The notes: a model not told the origin generated them from the letters alone. Shown: positions 28,485 through 37,409, counted from the stretch's first letter. The stretch: 64,000 bases of DNA from an uncultured Bacilli bacterium (GCA_944329425.1 CALVIG010000002.1:75880-139879); one strand, 5' to 3'. Translations and numbers: made by a program.

Positions 28485-29972
28485 ATGAGGGATAAAGTTA
28501 AAAAAATTTTGGAGAATATTAAAAATTATATAAAAGAAACATATGAAATTAATGTAAATAAAAAAATAGAACAAAAAATATTTAAAAATTCACAACCTAT
28601 TAACAATATTATAGATAATGTTTGGTATTTAAAAAATGGTGAAAATATTCTGAAATGTGGTAGATTTTATAACAATAATAAATGCTATATGCTGTTTTAT
28701 AATCAAAATGGAAAACAAATGGTATTTGATAATTTGCAACCTGATCGTTTTCTTAATCCAATACATTTATACATAAAAATATCGGAAAATAAATATAGTG
28801 AATTAAAAAATAAAACTAATTTATTAAATCCTTTAGAACTTGATAAATTAAAGGATATGATACTTTTTGTTGACACATTAGATGGCATGTATATATATTA
28901 TAATTATAAAATCAGATTTATCTTAAATAAACATTTTATGAGAATTAATTTTAATAATTCAAGGAGAGTTGTCTGTAGTGGATTAAAAAATAATGATATA
29001 TGGATACAAGAATTCTCTATATTTGGTGATGAACTTGAGTTTGTAAAAAAAACAAAAGATTTTTCAAATTATAAAGCAATTGAATTAAATGTCAAACAAA
29101 AAATGAATAAAAATAAAATTGAAATATATTTTTCAAATCATAATTATAAATCTGAATTGATTTCCGAAAATTATTTTAAAGAAAAAAATAAGATAAAAAG
29201 GATAAATAATGAATTTAAAGATGATGATACAATAAATTATAAAGTAACTTTGGATATTAACGACGTGTATGAATTAGGATTTGCTAATTACTTAAACAAA
29301 AAATGCAGTAAATTAAGCATATATGGAATAGAGGTTGATGTTATTTTAGATATTATAACAAAATCATATAGTTCACAAATATATCATTCCGCATCTCAAG
29401 AACAAAAAAAGTATTTAGAAGAAGAATGTAATAGAATAAAGAAAAAAATTCAAGATGAGAAAAATATTAAAGAAAAAGATATACCACAATATTTATATGA
29501 CAAATATGTATATGATTCTTCAAATAATTTTAAATTCATATGTGATTTATTGCTTGAAAATAATGTTGATTATAAATCATATGGATTTTTTTGGGAATCT
29601 GTTTATACTGAAATTTATCATAAATTAATACAAAATAAAGTAATTAAAGTAAAATGGAAATCAGAGTATAACTTATATAATTTAGTAAAAAAAGAATTCA
29701 ATGACGCTAAATTTCAATATAGATGTAGTTGGTTAGGAAATCAATCTCTCGATATTTATATTCCATCAAAATTAATTGCGATAGAATATCAAGGAAAACA
29801 ACATTATGAACCTGTGAAATTATTTGGTGGGGAAGATAGTCTAAAAAAGCGAAAAGAGTTGGATGAAAGGAAAAAGAAACTATGCGAAAATCATGGCATA
29901 TCATTAATCGAATGGAAGTATTATGAACCAATAACTAGGGTTAATTTATTGAAAAAATTAAAAAAATACTAG
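28485..29972 (+). CDS. Unknown N-terminal region fused to a C-terminal PD-(D/E)xK (Vsr/DUF559-like) nuclease-fold module
   Basis: C-terminus 'SLDIYIPSKLIAIEYQGKQHYEPVKLFGG...RKELDERKKKLCENHGISLIEWKY' has the D...E-x-Q/K core and the helical tail typical of Vsr/DUF559-type endonuclease domains. Extended -10 tgttataat at 28439-28447. Confidence 0.55.
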   Translation: MRDKVKKILENIKNYIKETYEINVNKKIEQKIFKNSQPINNIIDNVWYLKNGENILKCGRFYNNNKCYMLFYNQNGKQMVFDNLQPDRFLNPIHLYIKISENKYSELKNKTNLLNPLELDKLKDMILFVDTLDGMYIYYNYKIRFILNKHFMRINFNNSRRVVCSGLKNNDIWIQEFSIFGDELEFVKKTKDFSNYKAIELNVKQKMNKNKIEIYFSNHNYKSELISENYFKEKNKIKRINNEFKDDDTINYKVTLDINDVYELGFANYLNKKCSKLSIYGIEVDVILDIITKSYSSQIYHSASQEQKKYLEEECNRIKKKIQDEKNIKEKDIPQYLYDKYVYDSSNNFKFICDLLLENNVDYKSYGFFWESVYTEIYHKLIQNKVIKVKWKSEYNLYNLVKKEFNDAKFQYRCSWLGNQSLDIYIPSKLIAIEYQGKQHYEPVKLFGGEDSLKKRKELDERKKKLCENHGISLIEWKYYEPITRVNLLKKLKKY

Positions 29973-30082
29973 TTATTTAATTATACACATTAAAAATGAT
30001 ATAGTTTCAAAAAAATATTTTAACTATATTTTTGAATATAAATTATCAACTTAAAATAATTAATGAAAGGTATTATATAAAA

Positions 30083-30451
30083 ATGGCACAGGAAAATTCT
30101 AATATAGGTGAGCTATTTATTAATATTTTAAATGATATTAATTTAATAGAAAAAAGCAAATTTTATAAAAAAGATGATTCTTTTATGAAAATCAAAGAAA
30201 TAATAAAACAGTGGTATGATAATTATAAATTAAATAAGATATTAACATCTATAACGATAAAAGATTTGGAGTATTTAGATTTAGAAATTACTAGTTTTTT
30301 TGATAAATATATAGAATATGAATCAATTAAAGAAAATTATTCTGAAAGATTATATTATGATTTTTGTAGGTTAGAAAAAATTTGGAAAAATAAAATGGTA
30401 GGAGAAAAAAGTAAAAGAATTCATCAAAATATAATAAATATAATTAATTAA
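30083..30451 (+). CDS. Hypothetical small protein
   Basis: 122-aa ORF from the ATG at 30083. The tracked TTG at 30032 would overlap a candidate hairpin at 29999-30034. No motif recognised. Confidence 0.4.
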   Translation: MAQENSNIGELFINILNDINLIEKSKFYKKDDSFMKIKEIIKQWYDNYKLNKILTSITIKDLEYLDLEITSFFDKYIEYESIKENYSERLYYDFCRLEKIWKNKMVGEKSKRIHQNIINIIN

Positions 30452-30559
30452 ATAAATTTATTATGAAAAATTAATAAATAATGAGTAATATTTTACACCA
30501 GGTTGACAAAAAATGCTTTTTATGATAACATATTCCCCAATTAAAGGGGGTTTTTTATT

Positions 30560-31519
30560 ATGGAAAAGAAAAGTGGTCAACTGCAACCGCATGAGATGAT
30601 AATTCAATACGAAGGATATAAAGGAATAAATCTTGAAAGATTTAATGTTAATCAATTAAGAAATTTAAAACAAATTCTTCAGATGGCGTCAAATATGCCT
30701 GAATATGCAAGAATTAATAGTGACATGGCAAGTTTGCCTTCATTATCTCTAGAAGAAATCAAGAATAAAACAAAAGAATTTTGTCTCAAGTATTTTAATT
30801 TGCACGATATTAATTTTACTACGATGGATTCTATTAGAAAAATAGTGAATCAAATACCTATTACGGCAAAACCAGAAGAAGCATATAGAATTATTAATTC
30901 TGTAATGGAAAAAAAGAGTCCATTAGATTTAGAAGTGCGATTGACAAATGGTCATGCAATGTCGGGAAAAATAGTTAAGCCTATACCATTAATAGAAAAT
31001 ATGATTAATGATGATAATAGAGAAATGTGTTTTTCACATATTGAAATCGGGGCTCAATTAAATCCGTTATCCGTTGGTACTTTAGTACATGAGGTTGCTC
31101 ATGCAGAACAAGAACAAAATATTGGATATGCAGAAGATTATTTAAATAAAGAAATAATAAGTATATTTTTAGAAAAAGTAAATGCTATGGAAATGGATCC
31201 TTCAGGTAATTTACTGAAATTATCTGAAAGAGCGAGACTTACTGATTTATTAGTAAGATATTCGACTTTATTACTAAAACCTAATTCAGTTACTGAATTA
31301 CAAAAGATTGATAATTTAATGTATATAAAATCAATACTAAATGCAGAAAAATTATTTGATATGTATATTAATGAAAGAAAACAAAAAAACAAAGATAAGT
31401 ATTTTACCATGATACAAGATGTATTTGATGGAAAAATAACGGTAGAAGATATGTTAAGAATTAAAAACATTACTACTAATAATAGTCAGGATTTTGGAAT
31501 GTTAAAAAGACATTTATAA
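30560..31519 (+). CDS. Putative zinc metallopeptidase (HExxH)
   Basis: 'TLVHEVAHAEQ' followed 17 residues later by 'KEIISIFLE', a gluzincin-like third-ligand region. RBS 'aaaggggg'. TTGACA at 30503-30508 upstream. Confidence 0.5.
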   Translation: MEKKSGQLQPHEMIIQYEGYKGINLERFNVNQLRNLKQILQMASNMPEYARINSDMASLPSLSLEEIKNKTKEFCLKYFNLHDINFTTMDSIRKIVNQIPITAKPEEAYRIINSVMEKKSPLDLEVRLTNGHAMSGKIVKPIPLIENMINDDNREMCFSHIEIGAQLNPLSVGTLVHEVAHAEQEQNIGYAEDYLNKEIISIFLEKVNAMEMDPSGNLLKLSERARLTDLLVRYSTLLLKPNSVTELQKIDNLMYIKSILNAEKLFDMYINERKQKNKDKYFTMIQDVFDGKITVEDMLRIKNITTNNSQDFGMLKRHL

Positions 31520-31681
31520 TTTAAAATAATATAGAAATATATTCTTTTTTTAAATTAAATAGCAGGTAAAATGATATAATTGTTTTTTTGAAATTACTGT
31601 TAATTTTGTTTTAAACAATATGTTTTTTACCAATATGAGGGTGTTTGAACTACAAATATTTATTTAATTAAAATATAAGAT

Positions 31682-31747
31682 GTAATTAAATGTAAACAGT
31701 ACTTTTTGTGCTGTTTATTTTTAATTTTTCTCTGTTATAATATAATT
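31682..31747 (+). repeat. Copy A of a roughly 66-bp terminator-plus-promoter cassette (direct repeat of 47018-47082)
   Basis: gtaattaaatgtaaaca + 9-bp-stem hairpin (aaacagtac/gtgctgttt) + atttttaatttt + extended -10 tgttataatataatt. Confidence 0.8.
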
Positions 31748-31774
31748 ATTAGTAATTAAGTTGTGGTGATAAAG

Positions 31775-33604
31775 ATGAAAATAATAGATGCAGCTCAAAA
31801 TAAACCTATTGAACTCATTAAAAATAAGATAATAAAAAAAAGGGATTATCAAGATTTATTAAAAATAGTACGTAAAAACAGACCTGATTTAAGCATAGAA
31901 GAGATAAATTATATGTTTAATAAAATTAATAAAACAGGTTGTTCTTGTGCAACACTCGCTAATAACATAGGTAAAATTTTTTTGAGCAAAGAAGATGAAT
32001 TTGAAAAATACTTTGGTTACTCTTTATATTCTAGTAATGGTAATATAGATTATAATAGAATATTAGTAGATTTGTTTTCCAAATTTTATGGAGTTGCAAA
32101 AGTAAGGTTGATAAAACACGACGTATTTTCTTTTAAAAGTGCAAAAGAAGCGGCAGAAAAACTACTTGGTAAAAAGTTCGATAAAGAAAGTGATGCTACT
32201 TTAAAACTTTTTGAACAAGGATATCAAGGTGATGGTTTTGATTCAGATGGTAATCTTTTATTTAAAAAAAGAATTCCTGATGTAAGTGAAATTATAGGTA
32301 CGAAAAATGAAATATCTAAAAAACTTTTAAATATTGACAGCGTAAAAGATTTTGATGAATTAAAACATTTATTAGAAAAAAAAGGTTATATTCTTGAATA
32401 CAAAGACTTGGAAATACATGAAAAGTTAACTGGTTTAACTATTACTAATTTTAATTTTTGGACTAATTATTATTTTAATAGCTATAATTTAGACTTTACT
32501 TTAAATGCTACCAGTATTGTACCAAAAGACTTTAGTAACTACGAGGATTTTATAAACTATATAAATAATTTGATTTGTAAAGGTAATTTAATAAATGTAT
32601 CTGTAGGTCCTAATAAAGAAGTTTATATACATACTGATAAACCTTTTTCATGGACAAAGATCTCTAACGAAAGAGCGGGGCATATAATGAATTTTTTGGG
32701 ATTTGATAAGGAAGGTAATATAAAAGTATCTACGTATGGAGAAACATACGTAATTCCAAAAGAATATGCTAGTTTACTTGAATTTTCGAAAGTAGAAAAG
32801 AAAGACAAGAATATTGTGTTTGGTAATAAAGTTAAAACTAAAGTAAAAGATAATATGGAAAAAGAATTAATTGAATTATCAGCAGCAAAAGTACATGAGG
32901 ATTGGTGCTATCAAGAATTAAAAGCATTTTTCGATAGAATGCAAGATGTCATTAAAGAAGGAGTAACAAGACCGATAGAAATATTTGAAAAGGCTTGTTA
33001 TAAAGGAGATATAAAAAGAAATGAAGTTGAAATTGATACATCATTCATGATGGGACATGAAACCATGGCACAACAATCTTTAACGGATTTTAATACGTTT
33101 ATGAACTTGTTTAAAATTGGGGCAATAAACGTTAAAAGATTTGCAAAAAGAAATTTAACCGAAGAAGAACAAGAAAGATTAAAAAGAAGTAATGATTATA
33201 AAGATGGAAACGAAAACATTTTAAGACCATTTGAAAAGTTATCTAATGATTCAAGAAAAGAAAATTTAAATGCCGCACAAGGCGCATATAACGTTTATGT
33301 TGAACTAAGTAAAGCTGGAATAACTCCTGATGAAATGCAAAATAATCCGGATATAAATAATATTATAGGTATTGCAATTCATGCTGACTGGTTAAAAAGA
33401 AACAAAGAACATCCTAATGACGCTTTAAAAGTTCCTTATTCACAATTAGATGAATGGACTCAAAATCAAGATATAACGGTTTTTAATGCTTTATTAAAAA
33501 CTGTAAAAGAAAATGATTATAAATTTTTAATTAATAAAGAAGAAGGATATGAATTACCTGATTATGAACAGATGGAAAAAGACGTGTTAGGTATAAGTTT
33601 ATAG
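31775..33604 (+). CDS. Papain-fold (C39-like) cysteine-peptidase-like N-terminal half fused to two RyR-like repeats
   Basis: Candidate nucleophile 'NKTGCSCATLANNIG' and His 'RAGHIMNFLGFDKEGNIKVSTYG'. C-terminal 'AAKVHEDWCYQEL...LRPFEKLSNDSRKENL' and 'IAIHADWLKRNKEH...LKVPYSQLDEWTQNQD' resemble the RyR domain pattern hE.W ... P(F/Y)..L. Confidence 0.45.
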   Translation: MKIIDAAQNKPIELIKNKIIKKRDYQDLLKIVRKNRPDLSIEEINYMFNKINKTGCSCATLANNIGKIFLSKEDEFEKYFGYSLYSSNGNIDYNRILVDLFSKFYGVAKVRLIKHDVFSFKSAKEAAEKLLGKKFDKESDATLKLFEQGYQGDGFDSDGNLLFKKRIPDVSEIIGTKNEISKKLLNIDSVKDFDELKHLLEKKGYILEYKDLEIHEKLTGLTITNFNFWTNYYFNSYNLDFTLNATSIVPKDFSNYEDFINYINNLICKGNLINVSVGPNKEVYIHTDKPFSWTKISNERAGHIMNFLGFDKEGNIKVSTYGETYVIPKEYASLLEFSKVEKKDKNIVFGNKVKTKVKDNMEKELIELSAAKVHEDWCYQELKAFFDRMQDVIKEGVTRPIEIFEKACYKGDIKRNEVEIDTSFMMGHETMAQQSLTDFNTFMNLFKIGAINVKRFAKRNLTEEEQERLKRSNDYKDGNENILRPFEKLSNDSRKENLNAAQGAYNVYVELSKAGITPDEMQNNPDINNIIGIAIHADWLKRNKEHPNDALKVPYSQLDEWTQNQDITVFNALLKTVKENDYKFLINKEEGYELPDYEQMEKDVLGISL

Positions 33605-33618
33605 GAAAACGTAAAAAG

Positions 33619-33668
33619 AATTAATTAATGACTTAAAATATGATTTTGCAACATTAATTAATTTTTTA
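33619..33668 (+). terminator. Candidate terminator (12-bp stem, large loop)
   Basis: aattaattaatg (33619-33630) pairs with cattaattaatt (33652-33663), followed by a T-run. Confidence 0.4.
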
Positions 33669-33701
33669 TTATATACAAATCTATATTTAAAATAATATAG
33701 A

Positions 33702-33710
33702 TGTTATAAT
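33702..33710 (+). promoter_or_regulatory. Extended -10 promoter element TGTTATAAT
   Basis: tgttataat sits 12 nt upstream of the micro-ORF start. Confidence 0.45.
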
Positions 33711-33721
33711 AATATTAGGTG

Positions 33722-33823
33722 ATGTATATGGGAAAAATAATTAAATTCTTTTTATATCTTATATTTATACCACTAGCTTTTTTATATTTTTTTGCTAAAG
33801 CAATAGTGAAGGCGTATAAATAA
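33722..33823 (+). CDS. 33-aa hydrophobic micro-protein (single TM, basic C-terminus)
   Basis: Absent from the ORF track. RBS 'aggtgatg' overlaps the start. MYMGKIIKFFLYLIFIPLAFLYFFAKAIVKAYK. Confidence 0.35.
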   Translation: MYMGKIIKFFLYLIFIPLAFLYFFAKAIVKAYK

Positions 33824-33905
33824 TTAAATAATAAAGTAGAAGTTGTATAGAAAAATATAAAAGTTACAAATAAAGTATTATAGTTTTGATAAAGGAAGGA
33901 AAAAT

Positions 33906-34262
33906 ATGGAATATAAATATAACATTATTAATGATGTATATAATTGGATGGTATCTAGAAAAAAGAATGTTGAAGTTAGATTATTAAAAGAAAAATCAGA
34001 AAAAATTCAAATAGGTGATTATATAACTTTTAATAATATAAATTACTTTGGAAAATTCGCTAAAGTTAAAATTATTAATAAAACTATATTTAATAATATT
34101 GAAAAATTATTGTTAAAATATGATGTTGAAAGAATAATGCCTGGTCATAATACAAATGAACTTATAAAGTTAATTAATGATATATATGGTTATGAGTTAA
34201 AAAATAAAAAAATTGTTGCCTTTGAATTTGAATATTTGTTATGTGATAAAGATGTTAAATGA
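33906..34262 (+). CDS. ASCH (PUA-like fold) domain protein
   Basis: 118 aa. 'VSRKKNVEVRLLKEKSEKIQIGDYITF ... KVKIINKTIFNNIEKLL ... PGH ... IVAFEF' follows the ASCH pattern (k.iE.Rl.d.k...i.vGD.i.f ... f.el ... v.ai.f). RBS 'aaaggaagga'. Confidence 0.6.
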   Translation: MEYKYNIINDVYNWMVSRKKNVEVRLLKEKSEKIQIGDYITFNNINYFGKFAKVKIINKTIFNNIEKLLLKYDVERIMPGHNTNELIKLINDIYGYELKNKKIVAFEFEYLLCDKDVK

Positions 34263-34354
34263 TATAGATAGAATTATAGTAATTAAATGAATTTGCTTTA
34301 TAGCAGATAAAAATAAATTGAAAAATTATACTATGATTATTAAGAGGTGAAATT

Positions 34355-35734
34355 ATGGTTGATAAAGATTATGCTAATTTAGAGGAAATAAAAAATAATA
34401 CTGTTTGTTTAGATGATTTTGATGATAATGAAGAAGATGATACTTCTATAGTTGAAAATAGAAATTTAGTTATAGATAAACCAGAACCTACTATTGAAGC
34501 TTTAGTAAATAAATATAATCGTGGAAAAATAATTCTACAACCAGATTATCAAAGAAAATATGTTATGAAACCTATGGTAGCAAGTAGATTAATAGAATCT
34601 ATATTATTAAATATTCCATTACCTGTTATTTATTTTGCTGAAGAAGAAGATGGTAGTTGGAGCGTGGTTGATGGACAACAAAGATTAACTTCAATTATAT
34701 CTTTTGTGCAAGGAAAATATATTACAGATGGAAAAGACTTTAAACTTTCAGGTTTAAAGGTATTATCAGAGTTAAATAGAAAATCTTTTAAAGAATTAGA
34801 TGATGCTATGCAAGAAAAAATAATGGATACATCATTAAAATCATTTGTTATAAAAAACAGTTCAAGTGAAGAAATAAAATTTGAAATATTTGAAAGATTA
34901 AATACGGGATCAACTCCGTTAAATGAAGATGAAATAAGAAATAATCTTTATAGAGGAGAATATATAAATTTACTTGCAGAATTAGAAAATGATCCTGTTT
35001 TTGATAAATTGGTTGCTAAACCAAATTTTAAAAATCGTATGTTATATAGAGGAATGATATTAAGATTTTTCGCTTTTTATGAAAAAAGTTACTTAAATTA
35101 TGTACCTAGTATGAAAACTTTTTGTAATAAACATTTAAAAGATTTTAGAAATATGAGTAAAGAAAAAAGGGCAGAATATACTAAGGTATTTAAAGAAACC
35201 ATAGATAAAGTTAATTATGTGTTTGGTGAAAATGCGTTTAGAAGAATGAAAAAACAAGATGATAGTAATAATACTATTTGGGTAAAAACAAGAATTAATA
35301 TGGCTTTATATGATGTTCAAATGAATGGCTTTATTAGATATTCAAAAGATCAAATTATTAGACATAGTGAAGAAATAAGAGAAGCTATGTATGAATTAAT
35401 GACAACTAATATTGATTTTATAGATTCTATAGAAATGCAAACAAGTAATAGTGATATGGTAACAAGAAGATTTAAAATGTGGTTAGATAAATTAGAAGAA
35501 ATAATGAAAAGTGAAAAACCAAATCCAAGGCTATTTCCAGATGAAATAAAAATAGAACTATGGAATGAAAGCCCAGTTTGTAAATTATGTAATCAAAGAA
35601 TATTAAATTTTGATGATGCTCAAGTTGATCATATTATTCCTTATTCAGAAGGCGGTTTAACAGTAAAAGAAAATGGACAATTAGCACATAGATATTGTAA
35701 TCAACATAAGAGTAATAAAATTAAAGAAGATTAA
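34355..35734 (+). CDS. DUF262 (ParB/GmrS-like) N-terminal domain fused to a C-terminal HNH nuclease; a GmrSD/BrxU-like putative type IV restriction enzyme
   Basis: 'LQPDYQRKYVM', 'VVDGQQRLTSI', 'FEIFERLNTGSTPLNEDEIRNN'. C-terminal 'CKLCNQ...DHIIPYSEGG...NGQLAHRYCNQHKSN'. Confidence 0.8.
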   Translation: MVDKDYANLEEIKNNTVCLDDFDDNEEDDTSIVENRNLVIDKPEPTIEALVNKYNRGKIILQPDYQRKYVMKPMVASRLIESILLNIPLPVIYFAEEEDGSWSVVDGQQRLTSIISFVQGKYITDGKDFKLSGLKVLSELNRKSFKELDDAMQEKIMDTSLKSFVIKNSSSEEIKFEIFERLNTGSTPLNEDEIRNNLYRGEYINLLAELENDPVFDKLVAKPNFKNRMLYRGMILRFFAFYEKSYLNYVPSMKTFCNKHLKDFRNMSKEKRAEYTKVFKETIDKVNYVFGENAFRRMKKQDDSNNTIWVKTRINMALYDVQMNGFIRYSKDQIIRHSEEIREAMYELMTTNIDFIDSIEMQTSNSDMVTRRFKMWLDKLEEIMKSEKPNPRLFPDEIKIELWNESPVCKLCNQRILNFDDAQVDHIIPYSEGGLTVKENGQLAHRYCNQHKSNKIKED

Positions 35735-35751
35735 AATAATCTTCTTTTTTT
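35723..35751 (+). terminator. Rho-independent terminator
   Basis: aaagaagatt-aaaat-aatcttcttt followed by a T-run. Overlaps the stop codon. Confidence 0.7.
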
Positions 35752-35829
35752 GTATTAAATATCATTTTAAAATTTTGTGTTAAATCAAAGCTGTTATTTG
35801 CTTAAGTAATAGAAGAAACAAGAATTTTA

Positions 35830-35838
35830 TGTTATAAT
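35830..35838 (+). promoter_or_regulatory. Extended -10 promoter element TGTTATAAT of the hsd operon
   Basis: tgttataat sits 37 nt upstream of the hsdM ATG. Confidence 0.5.
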
Positions 35839-35874
35839 CATAAGTAAATAAGGCGTTTTAACGGAGGGTTAAAT

Positions 35875-37371
35875 ATGAATGAAAATGAATTAAAAAAATT
35901 AGAGTCTAAATTATGGGCAGCAGCAGATAAAATGAGAGGCGCAGTTTCAGTATCGGAATATAAATTTATAGTATTAGGTTTAATATTTTTAAAATATATT
36001 TCTGATTCATTTGAGGAAAGATATAAAGAATTAGTAGAAGAAGGATATGGCTTAGAAGAAGAAAAGGATAGCTATACAGAAAAAAACATATTCTTTGTAC
36101 CACAAAAGGCTAGATGGGAATATTTAGTAAAACATTCAAAAGACGATAACATTGGTGAAATAATTGATGATGCATTAACACTAATTGAAAAAAATAATAC
36201 GTCATTAAAAAATGTATTACCAAAAGATTATAATAGTCCAACAATGAGAAATGTAAATTTAGGAGAATTAATTGATTTATTTACTAATATTAAAGTTGGA
36301 ACAAAAGATGCTATTCAAAAAGATATATTAGGTAGAATATATGAATATTTCTTAGGACAATTTGCTAAAAACGAATTACAAAAAGGAGGAGAATTCTATA
36401 CACCAGCATGTTTAGTTAGAACAATGGTTGAATGTATTGAACCTTATCAAGGTAGAGTATATGATCCAGCTTGTGGATCTGGTGGAATGTTTATTCAGTC
36501 AATGAAGTTTGTTAAGGAACATCAAGGAAGATTAGCTAACATTAGTATTTATGGGCAAGAAAAAAACCCAACTACCTGGAGATTAGCAAAAATGAACTTA
36601 GCAATTCGTTCATTAAATGGCGATTTGGGTAAATATGCGGCAGATACCTTTACAGAAGACCTACATAAAGATTTAAAAGCAGATTTTATATTAGCAAATC
36701 CTCCTTTTAATCAAGAATGGGATGTAGATAAAGTATCAAAAGATTCAAGATGGAGATATGGATTAGCTCCTAAAAATAATGCAAACTATGCTTGGTTACA
36801 ACACATGATATCTAAATTATCTCAAAATGGTAAAATGGCTTGTATATTAGCAAATGGATCACTATCAGCAGGAGGACAAGAAGGAGAAATTAGACAAAAA
36901 ATAATTGAAGCTGATTTAGTAGATTGTGTTATTTCGATGCCAACTAATTTATTTTATACAGTAACTGTTCCATGCTCTATATGGATTATAAATAGAAATA
37001 AAAAACAAAAAGGAAAAACATTATTTATAAATGCTACAAATTTAGGAACAATGGTTACAAGAAGATTAAGAGAATTATCAGATGAAGATATAAAGAAAAT
37101 AGCAGATACATATCACAATTATCAAAGTAATGAAAATTATGAAAATATTAAAGGTTTTTGTTACTGCGCAACAATAGAAGAAATTAAGTCAAATGATAAT
37201 GTATTAACACCAGGAAGATATGTTGGTGTGGAAGATTTTGAAGATGATAGCATTCCTTTTGAAGAAAAAATGAAAAATATTACTTCAGAACTATCTAAAC
37301 AATTTGAAGAATCACATAAATTAGAAGAAGAAATAAAGAAAAATTTAAAAGCAATTGGTTATGAAATTTAG
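35875..37371 (+). CDS. hsdM: Type I restriction-modification system, methyltransferase subunit
   Basis: HsdM N-terminal domain ('LWAAADKMRG', 'YKFIVLGLIFLKYISD'), SAM motif I 'VYDPACGSGGMF', motif IV 'LANPPFN'. Confidence 0.95.
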   Translation: MNENELKKLESKLWAAADKMRGAVSVSEYKFIVLGLIFLKYISDSFEERYKELVEEGYGLEEEKDSYTEKNIFFVPQKARWEYLVKHSKDDNIGEIIDDALTLIEKNNTSLKNVLPKDYNSPTMRNVNLGELIDLFTNIKVGTKDAIQKDILGRIYEYFLGQFAKNELQKGGEFYTPACLVRTMVECIEPYQGRVYDPACGSGGMFIQSMKFVKEHQGRLANISIYGQEKNPTTWRLAKMNLAIRSLNGDLGKYAADTFTEDLHKDLKADFILANPPFNQEWDVDKVSKDSRWRYGLAPKNNANYAWLQHMISKLSQNGKMACILANGSLSAGGQEGEIRQKIIEADLVDCVISMPTNLFYTVTVPCSIWIINRNKKQKGKTLFINATNLGTMVTRRLRELSDEDIKKIADTYHNYQSNENYENIKGFCYCATIEEIKSNDNVLTPGRYVGVEDFEDDSIPFEEKMKNITSELSKQFEESHKLEEEIKKNLKAIGYEI

Positions 37372-37409
37372 TCTCAAAAATTGTGATTTGTAGGAGAAAG
37401 GAGATATTT

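Noticed and set aside
28400-33700. A prophage remnant as an explanation for the first part of the AT-rich block.
   Set aside because: I recognised no terminase, portal, capsid, tail, holin/lysin, repressor or integrase motifs. Only orphan ORFs and single-domain hints are present.
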